From a virus (taxonomy: Duplodnaviria; Caudoviricetes): a DNA stretch of 31,790 bases. The translations under genes were made by a program, and so were the position numbers. Where the stretch lies: the IMG/VR virus record IMGVR_UViG_3300025835_000022, positions 1-31,790 of that record. The stretch is one strand, 5' to 3'. The notes beneath the pieces are model-generated. The model had not been told where the DNA came from and searched no databases. It saw only the letters and a list, made by a program, of their open reading frames with translations. Below, piece by piece: positions 1-9,051 of this stretch; the stretch's first letter is position 1; the number at the start of each line of letters is the position of its first letter.

Positions 1-3
1 CAT

Positions 4-1305
4 TTATAATTCTGCGTTAAGAATCATTAATCTTGTTCCTCCACCGTCTCCTCCCAGAAAAACCGCCTCTCCAGCAGTCAGACCGCTGGCGACGTCGGCT
101 AAGAAAACGACAACGTCGGGAGATAGATAAGCCCCTGCGAGATTGGTTACATCTATATTTGTTCCCGCCTTATGGATTATCCAATCACTGGCAGTTGCCG
201 TTAAACTTGGAGTCTGTCTCATTCTCGTTGGCAATGCTATGGTAAAAAGCCCTCTTGTGGTTGTATCACACATTCCAGGAGCAACGCAGTCAAGCAAATC
301 CGCCGCCTCAATCACAAAGCAAAATCTGCAACATGCTATCAATTCATCTCCAAAACTCTTAGGTTGAAAAGGTAGGGCTACACTTCCTGAATTTAACTGA
401 ACATTACTTAAAGTTCCTGCATTAAATTCAACTGACATAACTGTTCCTGCAGTCTGACCTGTAATTGTAATTGGACTTGCAGCATAATCACCTGACGGAG
501 TAGCACTATCAATTCCAAATCTTGCCTGAGCTGTGCCTTCCCAAGATAAAGTATAAGTTCCTCCAATCACATTTTTATCTTCAACTACCTGAATTAAAGT
601 TTTAGCTGCTTTAATAGTAATAACTGTTGATTGAGCTAATTGAGTAAAAGTATAATCACCACCACCTGCTCCCGCCTTCCACCTATCGTGTCCATAAGCA
701 CCTGCGGCAAGTACAGCATTAGAAATATAGACTCGCTGATTAACAGTAAATCCACCGTTAATTATAGCCTGACGACCCACATAAAAAGGAGTATCAATAT
801 CAGCTCCAGTTATCACTGGTGAAGTTAAGGTTATACCTGTTGCGTCTTTTATTCCTTTAGGAGTTACTATCTTTGTGTCATCTGTTCCTGTGGCTACTTC
901 TGCGGCTGTGGCTTTAAGAGTTGTGACAAGGGTTCCCTTATGAGTACCTGTTTGGTTGTGTTCAACAAGTATTCCTGTAACATTTCTATTTTGAATATCA
1001 GCGGTTACTAATACCTCAACAACTATTCCGGCATTCCACGCTTGGGCAGTTCCCTCAACTCCTCGAACACAATCAATAAGATTAGACCCTGATATTATTC
1101 CTCTAACCGTTTCATAATTATTAGTTTCATCCCCGTCGGTATCAATACGGTTTATTGTTATCTCAATAGCCGTATCTGTTGGTAAATTTGTAACTGAGGA
1201 CAGTGGAATAGTTGTAACTATCGCACTGGCGACCCCGCCACTTCCAATGGTTGTTGAAAAGTTAGGCGTTGTCTTGATGAAATAATCTGATGCTGATGCT
1301 GCCAT
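4..1305 (-). CDS. Tail fibre / receptor-binding protein
   Basis: Follows the nozzle gene. Contains the fibre-type motif ATAAEVATGTDDTKIVTP and an RQAIINGGFTVNQR...YGHDRW segment typical of phage fibre carbohydrate-binding-like domains. T/G/A-rich. Confidence 0.75.
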   Translation of the reverse strand: MAASASDYFIKTTPNFSTTIGSGGVASAIVTTIPLSSVTNLPTDTAIEITINRIDTDGDETNNYETVRGIISGSNLIDCVRGVEGTAQAWNAGIVVEVLVTADIQNRNVTGILVEHNQTGTHKGTLVTTLKATAAEVATGTDDTKIVTPKGIKDATGITLTSPVITGADIDTPFYVGRQAIINGGFTVNQRVYISNAVLAAGAYGHDRWKAGAGGGDYTFTQLAQSTVITIKAAKTLIQVVEDKNVIGGTYTLSWEGTAQARFGIDSATPSGDYAASPITITGQTAGTVMSVEFNAGTLSNVQLNSGSVALPFQPKSFGDELIACCRFCFVIEAADLLDCVAPGMCDTTTRGLFTIALPTRMRQTPSLTATASDWIIHKAGTNIDVTNLAGAYLSPDVVVFLADVASGLTAGEAVFLGGDGGGTRLMILNAEL

Positions 1306-1327
1306 ATTTATTTATATAAAATTATAA

Positions 1328-3325
1328 TTAATTCCAACTTTTTGGATCCTGAGTTGGAATGATTTTACCTTTAACTTGGAAACTTAAAATTGCGTACTTA
1401 TCATTCTTTCCAGTAGATGATACCTTAAATTGATAGTTATTCAATAACTTATTTACTTTTAACTTTTTACGTCTTGAGGAAGATGAAAATGTTGAAGGGA
1501 TACCTAATGAGGTTGAATATCTAAACGTACTATATCTGTCAAAAGAATATCCTGTATTTGAAATAAGGTCAGAGATAGTAACACTTCCTAAAGTTGAATA
1601 ACCACGCTTTTTTTCAGTACCAAGTAATGTAAAAGTAATTGTCCCTTTTGGATTGTAAAGTTCTACATAAGCGTTTTTTATCTTTGCCCATACAGTTTTA
1701 TCTTTCCCGTTGATCGGTGTTAAACCTGATAAGTATGTTGTCAAAAAAGCCGACCCTTCATCCCCTGTTATGTTATTACTAAATTCAATAAGTTGCGTTC
1801 CTGTTACAGGGACACCAAGTAAATGGGTATTCTCGCTTGAGTCAGTATATTCAATAAACTGTTTTATTCCTATTGAAAAAGCATCAGGGTTCCAGTTGCG
1901 TTTTTCAGTATCATAAACATATATCTTACTATTTCCCGTTGACCCTTCTGGTACTGAATAAAATATCTTACCCTCATAGAATATCCCGCAAATTTTATGA
2001 GATTGAGAGGAAACTATACTATCACGAACATTAGGCCTAATTGATTGTGAGATTTCAGAGGCGTCAAGAACATTAAGTAAATTAGGTTTGCTCCCAAGTA
2101 AAGTAAACCCTTGATCGTTATGAAATACTATTGAATTGCCTACCTCAACAACAGAGAGTGGCGCCCTTGTACCAAGCGCACCTATTATCTTGTCGGCTGA
2201 GGGTACAGTAAAGGTTGTATTTTCTACCGTTATACTACCTAAAGATATCTGCCACACGTTACCACGTCCTGAAGGGGAGGAACAAAGAACGGTTAATACA
2301 CTGTCCCCCCTACCTGTACGGTAGTGTACTGGAACTTTTGGCATATTTTCGCCCCCTTTTTCAAGCTCTATCCATCCGCCACCATAAAAAGGTGAGAAAT
2401 AACTTAGATACTGTCCTGTTCCTGAAAAATGAGTCCGGTATTTATTAATAGAGTCAATCCCCCAAATACGATTACCTGATAATACCAATTTCCCAAATAT
2501 GGGACCACCTGTTGTGTTATCGTCAGGTACTTCAATATATGGATTAGGAGTAAGAGTCCCGTCATCTCGAAAGGTATCAGTTGTAGTTGATCCAATCAGT
2601 ACCTCAAAACCTGTTTCATCTGAAAAATATATCTGATATCGTGTAGCTCCCGATACTGCAGCAAAACCTAAATCTATATATTGGGTAGCAGGAGTAGTCC
2701 ATGTATCACGTTCTAAATTAACCGCTATTGATTGCTCCGTACTTCCAACAGTTTCGCCAATATCATTTAAAGCAGTTATTTGATAGTAATATGTGTAGTT
2801 TCCAGTTGTAAGACCTGCCCCCCGAGTTAAAGGTGTTCCGTCCCATGCAGGAGCATTAATTTCGGTATAGGTGCTGATATCAGTCCCATCATAAAAAGCC
2901 AGTACGTTTACTCCGTTTGTTATATAAAGTTTTGACTCTATTTGTAGAAAGAAACATTGATTTCCTACTGTAAAATTAGCACTTCCTCCACCTGAAAGTA
3001 ATATTTCAGTCCATGTTCCTCCATCTGTAGATTTATAAACTTTATTTGCTACAACTATAAGTTCAGTAGTTTCATCGTTTTTTACATATTGAGTTGACCC
3101 GTCAGGAGATAGTCCATTTGGAGTAACCAAACCATATGTTTTTGTACCCCATCTTGTTTCCCACAGTCCATCCTGCGATTGAATTAAATTATATGCCTGT
3201 TTAGCTGCCTCTACAGGAAGTCTTGCTTCAGACAATATAGTAACCACTCCTTTTGAAAAGTCATCATGAGTCCTATTAAAAATCTGTGCGTTAGTATTTC
3301 TTCTTCTTGGTAAAGCGTATGTCAT
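1328..3325 (-). CDS. Tail nozzle / DNA-stabilisation protein (analogous to T7 gp12 or P22 gp10)
   Basis: 665 aa, beta-rich, N-terminal DFSKG and late NLIQSQDGLWETRWG-type motifs, and position right after the adaptor gene with an ATGA overlap. Confidence 0.65.
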   Translation of the reverse strand: MTYALPRRRNTNAQIFNRTHDDFSKGVVTILSEARLPVEAAKQAYNLIQSQDGLWETRWGTKTYGLVTPNGLSPDGSTQYVKNDETTELIVVANKVYKSTDGGTWTEILLSGGGSANFTVGNQCFFLQIESKLYITNGVNVLAFYDGTDISTYTEINAPAWDGTPLTRGAGLTTGNYTYYYQITALNDIGETVGSTEQSIAVNLERDTWTTPATQYIDLGFAAVSGATRYQIYFSDETGFEVLIGSTTTDTFRDDGTLTPNPYIEVPDDNTTGGPIFGKLVLSGNRIWGIDSINKYRTHFSGTGQYLSYFSPFYGGGWIELEKGGENMPKVPVHYRTGRGDSVLTVLCSSPSGRGNVWQISLGSITVENTTFTVPSADKIIGALGTRAPLSVVEVGNSIVFHNDQGFTLLGSKPNLLNVLDASEISQSIRPNVRDSIVSSQSHKICGIFYEGKIFYSVPEGSTGNSKIYVYDTEKRNWNPDAFSIGIKQFIEYTDSSENTHLLGVPVTGTQLIEFSNNITGDEGSAFLTTYLSGLTPINGKDKTVWAKIKNAYVELYNPKGTITFTLLGTEKKRGYSTLGSVTISDLISNTGYSFDRYSTFRYSTSLGIPSTFSSSSRRKKLKVNKLLNNYQFKVSSTGKNDKYAILSFQVKGKIIPTQDPKSWN

Positions 3326-4005
3326 AGTCCAAATCCTCTAACTCCTAATTTATTTGACCTATTGGGCAGTTGATTATTTTGATACCACCCATTCATCATA
3401 TTAGTAGTTTTCATTGATTTTAGTTTATTTTGAGATAACCCGAATTGTTTATCAGACTCACTTGGATTTTCTTGAGAAAGAATATCTGAAGCTACTCCAT
3501 GAACAATATAATCGGGGTCAAACATTTCTGGCTTATCTGTTGATATTGAGAGTTCTGTTGGTTTTTTATAGTAGGGAAAATAAATCGTCCCTGTACCAGT
3601 TGGATAGTTATTTGGATTAAAATATAAAGTGTACCCATTCTCTGGATTACCGGTAAAATAAACCCATGCCTCTGAATTGTTAGGAAGTAGCGCTATGTCT
3701 TGTGTCTTCAAAACACTATAAAAAATAGGAGCGGAAGTACCCTCTTTATAATAAATATACCCTCCCCATGTTTTCATTGTCGGGTGAGAGGAAACAAGAG
3801 AGTAAAAAGTAGCCCCTGTTGAAGTCTTTGTTCCCATTACCCATAGCTCATTCCATAGCATACCTTCTTCATTACTCCAATCACGTATCCACTTATTAAT
3901 AAGTACCGTTCTTAAAGTATAATCATCTTCTCCAACTGTTGGAACGTCTATATCCTGCTCAACTAAATAATGAATCGAAATCTGTAAATCCGCTAAAGTT
4001 CTCAT
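3322..4005 (-). CDS. Head-tail adaptor (tail tubular protein A-like)
   Basis: 227 aa with N-terminal MRTLADLQ helix and YYKKPTELS...D.PE..DPDYIVHG motif typical of podoviral adaptors; lies upstream of the nozzle. Confidence 0.65.
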   Translation of the reverse strand: MRTLADLQISIHYLVEQDIDVPTVGEDDYTLRTVLINKWIRDWSNEEGMLWNELWVMGTKTSTGATFYSLVSSHPTMKTWGGYIYYKEGTSAPIFYSVLKTQDIALLPNNSEAWVYFTGNPENGYTLYFNPNNYPTGTGTIYFPYYKKPTELSISTDKPEMFDPDYIVHGVASDILSQENPSESDKQFGLSQNKLKSMKTTNMMNGWYQNNQLPNRSNKLGVRGFGL

Positions 4006-4022
4006 ATTTATTTTTAACTCAT

Positions 4023-4048
4023 AAAAAAACCACAGAATAAATCTGTGG
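4023..4048 (-). terminator. Intrinsic terminator 17 nt upstream of the tail adaptor gene
   Basis: Minus strand CCACAGA-TTTAT-TCTGTGG followed by T7. Confidence 0.8.
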
Positions 4049-4080
4049 GTGTGTGGTAAAGTATCACTTCACTTACTTAA

Positions 4081-4109
4081 AATATAGACCTACATTATCC
4101 TAATTGCAA
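4081..4109 (-). promoter_or_regulatory. Sigma70-type promoter upstream of the tail-module leader/terminator
   Basis: TTGCAA (4109-4104), 17-nt spacer, TATATT (4086-4081). Confidence 0.55.
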
Positions 4110-7100
4110 CTGGTTTTTTTTATTTATTCTAAATGCTATTTTTTTAGGTTTTTTTAATTCTTGTTTAATTTGTCCAGATGTTATTTTTATAGTTTTAGGT
4201 GAGGGCGGTTTGGAAATTTTATAAACTTTTGCTTTAGTTATTCCTGATTTTATTTTTAGTTTCTTAAAGGTTATTTTTTTAGGCTTAATAGATTTAGTAG
4301 ATATCGCTTTTATTTTTAACTTGGGGGTTGCTCTTATTTTTATTTTTTTACCTGACGATTTTTTAGAGGATGTTGATTTTTGTTTAATAAGTACTTGTAG
4401 TTTTTTTTCAGCTTCTTCTTTTGTTATCTGTCCCAATTCGTACAGTTTAACGATATTATTAGACTGTGTTGTAATGGCACTGTTATATTTTGATATAAGT
4501 TTTTTATCCAGTTCTGTGTTGCCTGTAAATTTTGGTTCTTTTATAGGTGACAAGTTTATAATTTTACTCTTGTTATTATCATCTTTATATTCATATATAG
4601 TAGTTGGATCATAGTTTTCTATCCAATTTAGTATTTCTTTCCTTGCGATATCCTTTGTTATAGTTCCTTCTTTGAGTTGTTTTGCTAATTTAGTCTCAAG
4701 TTTTGCCTTAGCAATATTAGCTTCTTTTGATATATATCGTAAGTTATCTTCCGAATTATCTCCTCCAAGAGATAATGGAATAATATGATCCACTGCATCA
4801 CCCTGCTGAGGTGTTTTATTCAAAAACTGTTTTCTTTCAAGTATCATACCGTCACCCGACAATTTTCTCATTCTTTCTTCTGTAAATATAGCTTTTATAG
4901 TATTTATTGGATCAACTCCAATTCCTTTAGATGCGAGAGATATTTTTTCTATTATATTTTTAGGTGCTTCAGGAGAGGATTGATAAACTGATTTTTTAGG
5001 ATCTTGATTTGAAAAATAATTTATTCGTTTTGTTGCCTCTTCAGAAGTAATTATCCCTTCTTCAAGTTGTTTTGAAATTGCATTAATATTTTTAGAAATT
5101 GATTCTTTTTTTAATTGTTTAAATTCTGCATCTTTTTGTCTTTGTTCTTCAGCCTCTTTAGCTCCAAATTGCGTAATCTTAATTCCTCCCATTCTGGCAA
5201 TAGATTGAGGAACTGTTTGCGTTCTTCCATACATATCTTTTCCACCACTTGCAACTGATGCTATATCTATTGCGCTATTTACAGGAGGTGGTAAATAGCT
5301 TCTTCCTGCAAATATAGCTTGATTTTTTAACTTTTCATCCGATGTGAGTGTTGAAGGTTTATATTTATTTTCATTAAGATCTGATATTGGTTTACCCCTA
5401 AAGTCTTTATTGACTGCAAGTTGTATTAAAGGAGAGAGTAAAGGATCATTTGCGTTCATTGCTATATTGGAGGCAACATCTTTTTTTGGATTAATATTAG
5501 GAATAAAAGGAAACATTTTACTAGTACTTGTTATTTCATTGTTTGCAAAGAAAGGAGATATATATCGAGCTGCGTTTATTTCACCAAAAGAAGTTTGCCA
5601 AGTAAGAGGAATATTTAATCCCGGTATCTTAGGAGCACCAAACCTATCTTCTCTTGTCACTCGATCTTTATCGGTTTCACCTGATAATTTACTTGAAAGT
5701 CTGGCAACACCATATAAAGTACCTAAAAATATTATAAGTCCTAATGGATTATTAATTGCTCCGTTTTTAATAATACGAATTAAATCACCTTGAAACTTTA
5801 TAAAAACTGACCCTATAACTGGAGTTTTAGCCCACGTATCATAGAATTTTCCTACATTAGCGTAATTTTGAAAACCATCTGCTACCTTTCTTGTTGCTTC
5901 CTCTAAAGTAAATCCTTTATCAAGAAGAGCCTTAAAAGCAGCAACCTTATATACATCATCTGTTCCACCGTAAAAACTCTGTACTTTATCAACAATCTTA
6001 ACGAGAGGGCTAGTTCTTTTACCTAACGCAAGATCATTAATTTGAGCTAACTTATCTACAAAATCAGTACGTGTTATATCAGTTCCTACAATCCCTTTTC
6101 TCATCAAATAATCTGAAAATTGCTTAAAACTTGATGGATTACTTTTGAAGTCTAATATTTTTTTATTTAACGTTAAAGGGTCAACCCCTGTAACAAAACC
6201 AAAAACATTGTCAGATACGATATTTCCTACGTTGGTTGTTGGATTAAATACTGTTAACAATTTTTTCTGTAACTGCCTTATAGGCATTCTGTCATAAGCT
6301 CTAAAGACGTCATATAGATTTTGCATAGCGGTATTAGAATAAAAGAAGCCTTTTAAGTCCTCTGCCACACTATTAAGTACAAATTTACCCGACAGTTTTC
6401 CATATGCGGGAGAGTCTGAAAGTTTTATAAAACCTTTTTTTTCAACAGAAGATATAAATTGAGAATTGTTCACAAGAAAATCAGTATATTTTTTAATAGC
6501 TGTATTTGTTTCAACCTGTGCTAATCTTTTACCAAGACCATAAACTGGATCATTAAGTGAATTTTCAATTTTCCATACATCAAGGTTTTTTCTTTGTTTA
6601 TATAAATCATTAACTATCTTTTTACCTTGTGTTACAAATTTATTAACTTCGGCGGGAAGTTCCATCACATCATATAGTCGAGGAGTATATTTTCCTTTAT
6701 TTGCAATATAAAGTTCTTTTGAGATATGACCGTTTGCATAAGAAGTATCGTGTACTAAATCAAGACCTTCTCGTATAATTCCGTACGCTTGTTTTTCTAC
6801 ATCTGTTAACTGATTAAAGGTTACTTTTGTTTTAGAAATACTTGGGTCTAATACTGCGTTTATTCTTTCAAGTGAATTTTCATTATCTCCAAGAGATTTA
6901 TATATAGAATCCATAACGTTATATGCCCTTTCTCTTGCTGTTGATATACTGCCTCGCAAATCCATAGAAGCAGTTGATCTTTCTGGACTCATTCCTATTC
7001 CTCTAAAAAAGTTTTGTAAAGTTGACGCTGCATTTCTTATATACTTATTTTCACTTCCAAGACCCGCCTCTACTTTACTAGATATTCCTTCTTGTGCTTT

Positions 7101-9029
7101 TCTTAATATTTTTGTATATGTACTTGCTTCTTTAATACCTCCTACTGGATTTTTAGTTGAATAACCTAACGTCTTTTCAATAAAATTGTCTATTTTTGCC
7201 GGTAACTCTGACGCCACTTGTTCTTGTGTTGGTATTTTATTTTGTGATACAATCTTATATGTATTGGTCAATAAAGGTTTATTAGATAATGGTAATTTTA
7301 CTTGTTTTGTGGCTACTTTTGTTTCATCCACAACCGCCTTCATGCGATTTTGAGTGCCAAACATTCCCTCACTAACTCCTCCCTGTACTACACTTGGATA
7401 TTTATTACTAAATTCTATTTTCCATTGAGTTAAATTTGCTGACTTATTTGTAATATTATTCCATTCTTGTCTTATATTTTTATTTTCCATTAACTTAAAA
7501 AATTCTTGTTTATTAAAATCTTTAGGGATTATTCCTTTCTCAAAACCTAAACTTTTAAGTAATCCTTTTCCACCCTCTGACAATGAAGTTGTATTTATTT
7601 CATTAACATTATTTTTTATCATCCATTCCGAAAGAAATTTTCTACCATCTCCTATTTTTTGATTTTTGGTTGCTATATTTACAATATCAGCTACTCCATT
7701 ATTAACTTTTGCCTCTAAATAAATTTCATTCCCGTTAGGTAATTTATAAAGGTTATTATTCGTGGTTGTTAATAAAGAAGATTGAGATTTTACCCATTTT
7801 GGTATTTCATTATAAGAAGTTATATTTTTTACTCCTCCCTGTACTGCACCTAAATATTTCTTTTCTAATATCTGTAATTCTGGTAATGTTTTAGCTTTTA
7901 TAACCTCATCTATTGGTAAATTTTTCTTTTCTAATGTTTGAAATAATTTTAATCGTAAATCTGCTGTTTGTTTAGCAATAGGGTCACCCATTCGTTTTAA
8001 ATTCCATCCTCCTTGAGAATAAGTTTGTCTAATTAAATCAGCATCTTTCTGCCGATTTGCTTGAAATTTTGTTGATCCCAATATATCTGGTGGATTTGTA
8101 GTTTTTACTCCTCCCTGTACTGGGGGTACTTTTTTAGCTTGGTTATAGAAGTCAACTAAATTTTTATATCCATTATTATTTAATATTTTTAATGCTTCCT
8201 GACTTGTTGTATAATCTCCAATTGTTTTATCTTTTCCTGTTAATATTTTTATTGCTCGCTGTATACCATTTCCACTAATAAACTCCTCCGCACTCTTATA
8301 CTTCCTCGCCTCTTGGACGAGGGGTTCAAGTTTACCAAGTAACTTTTTGCCTGCCTTTACTCCTTTTGAGCCAACAACTTCCCCTTCTTCTACTATCTGT
8401 TTCCTAAATTTAGCAAAATTTGCTTTAACTCCTGCTTTACTTAAATTTTTTATTCCTCTCTTTGGACTGACTCCTCCTATAAAAAATGGAGCTATAAATC
8501 CCGCTGCCTCTGGTACATAAGGAATTTTACCTGCTGGAGTTCTCCTTACTCCCTCTTCTGCTTTTTGTCCTACCATACTATAAAAAGGAATTTCTTTACC
8601 TACTTTTGAGAGAAAATTTACCACCTTAGGAATTTTACCAGCTAGTTGTGGTGCTCCAAATGTTACCGATGGAGGAAGCGTAGCTAAAGTACCACCCAAC
8701 TGTTCACCAAAATTTTTAGTAAGGGTCTGACGCATAGGATTTGTAAGTCCAGTATATAAACCACCTGCTTGTCTTATAATTGGTCGTACAGGATTTCTTA
8801 CAAAACTAGATACATTCTGCCGTACTTGTTGTGGAACATTGATTATCTTATAAGCAGATTGTGGATTACGTTGCGCCCAATTAGTTATTCCCTGTTGTGC
8901 CGCTTTAACTGGAGTAAATTTACCACCTTGAAATAAGCCTTTATTATCATTAAAAGACGATGATAGTTTAGATTGGGCAGAGGAAAAACCCTGTCTTAAT
9001 TTATCCATCAAGTCTCGAAGTGCGGCCAT
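4095..9029 (-). CDS. Large internal virion / DNA-ejection (polyvalent) protein with GNAT-like module, HNH motif and Lys-rich tail
   Basis: 1644 aa next to tail genes. VDHIIPLSLGGDNSEDNLRYISKEANIAK is an HNH signature; NQKIGDGRKFL...GKGLLKSLGF is GNAT-like; the last ~95 aa are extremely Lys-rich. Confidence 0.65.
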   Translation of the reverse strand: MAALRDLMDKLRQGFSSAQSKLSSSFNDNKGLFQGGKFTPVKAAQQGITNWAQRNPQSAYKIINVPQQVRQNVSSFVRNPVRPIIRQAGGLYTGLTNPMRQTLTKNFGEQLGGTLATLPPSVTFGAPQLAGKIPKVVNFLSKVGKEIPFYSMVGQKAEEGVRRTPAGKIPYVPEAAGFIAPFFIGGVSPKRGIKNLSKAGVKANFAKFRKQIVEEGEVVGSKGVKAGKKLLGKLEPLVQEARKYKSAEEFISGNGIQRAIKILTGKDKTIGDYTTSQEALKILNNNGYKNLVDFYNQAKKVPPVQGGVKTTNPPDILGSTKFQANRQKDADLIRQTYSQGGWNLKRMGDPIAKQTADLRLKLFQTLEKKNLPIDEVIKAKTLPELQILEKKYLGAVQGGVKNITSYNEIPKWVKSQSSLLTTTNNNLYKLPNGNEIYLEAKVNNGVADIVNIATKNQKIGDGRKFLSEWMIKNNVNEINTTSLSEGGKGLLKSLGFEKGIIPKDFNKQEFFKLMENKNIRQEWNNITNKSANLTQWKIEFSNKYPSVVQGGVSEGMFGTQNRMKAVVDETKVATKQVKLPLSNKPLLTNTYKIVSQNKIPTQEQVASELPAKIDNFIEKTLGYSTKNPVGGIKEASTYTKILRKAQEGISSKVEAGLGSENKYIRNAASTLQNFFRGIGMSPERSTASMDLRGSISTARERAYNVMDSIYKSLGDNENSLERINAVLDPSISKTKVTFNQLTDVEKQAYGIIREGLDLVHDTSYANGHISKELYIANKGKYTPRLYDVMELPAEVNKFVTQGKKIVNDLYKQRKNLDVWKIENSLNDPVYGLGKRLAQVETNTAIKKYTDFLVNNSQFISSVEKKGFIKLSDSPAYGKLSGKFVLNSVAEDLKGFFYSNTAMQNLYDVFRAYDRMPIRQLQKKLLTVFNPTTNVGNIVSDNVFGFVTGVDPLTLNKKILDFKSNPSSFKQFSDYLMRKGIVGTDITRTDFVDKLAQINDLALGKRTSPLVKIVDKVQSFYGGTDDVYKVAAFKALLDKGFTLEEATRKVADGFQNYANVGKFYDTWAKTPVIGSVFIKFQGDLIRIIKNGAINNPLGLIIFLGTLYGVARLSSKLSGETDKDRVTREDRFGAPKIPGLNIPLTWQTSFGEINAARYISPFFANNEITSTSKMFPFIPNINPKKDVASNIAMNANDPLLSPLIQLAVNKDFRGKPISDLNENKYKPSTLTSDEKLKNQAIFAGRSYLPPPVNSAIDIASVASGGKDMYGRTQTVPQSIARMGGIKITQFGAKEAEEQRQKDAEFKQLKKESISKNINAISKQLEEGIITSEEATKRINYFSNQDPKKSVYQSSPEAPKNIIEKISLASKGIGVDPINTIKAIFTEERMRKLSGDGMILERKQFLNKTPQQGDAVDHIIPLSLGGDNSEDNLRYISKEANIAKAKLETKLAKQLKEGTITKDIARKEILNWIENYDPTTIYEYKDDNNKSKIINLSPIKEPKFTGNTELDKKLISKYNSAITTQSNNIVKLYELGQITKEEAEKKLQVLIKQKSTSSKKSSGKKIKIRATPKLKIKAISTKSIKPKKITFKKLKIKSGITKAKVYKISKPPSPKTIKITSGQIKQELKKPKKIAFRINKKNQLQLG
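7375..8121. repeat. Three identical 15-bp direct repeats ACTCCTCCCTGTACT (encoding VQGGV) inside the large gene
   Basis: Copies at 7375-7389, 7831-7845 and 8107-8121; spacings of 456 and 276 nt are both in frame. Confidence 0.9.
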
Positions 9030-9051
9030 TGGTAATTATGAAAATTTATAA

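Noticed and set aside
4-1305. Diversity-generating retroelement target in the tail fibre
   Set aside because: No reverse transcriptase or template/variable repeat pair in the window.
7375-8121. 15-bp repeats as CRISPR or internal SD sites (they contain GGAGG)
   Set aside because: Spacings of 276 and 456 nt are too long for CRISPR, and no consistently spaced start codon follows all copies.
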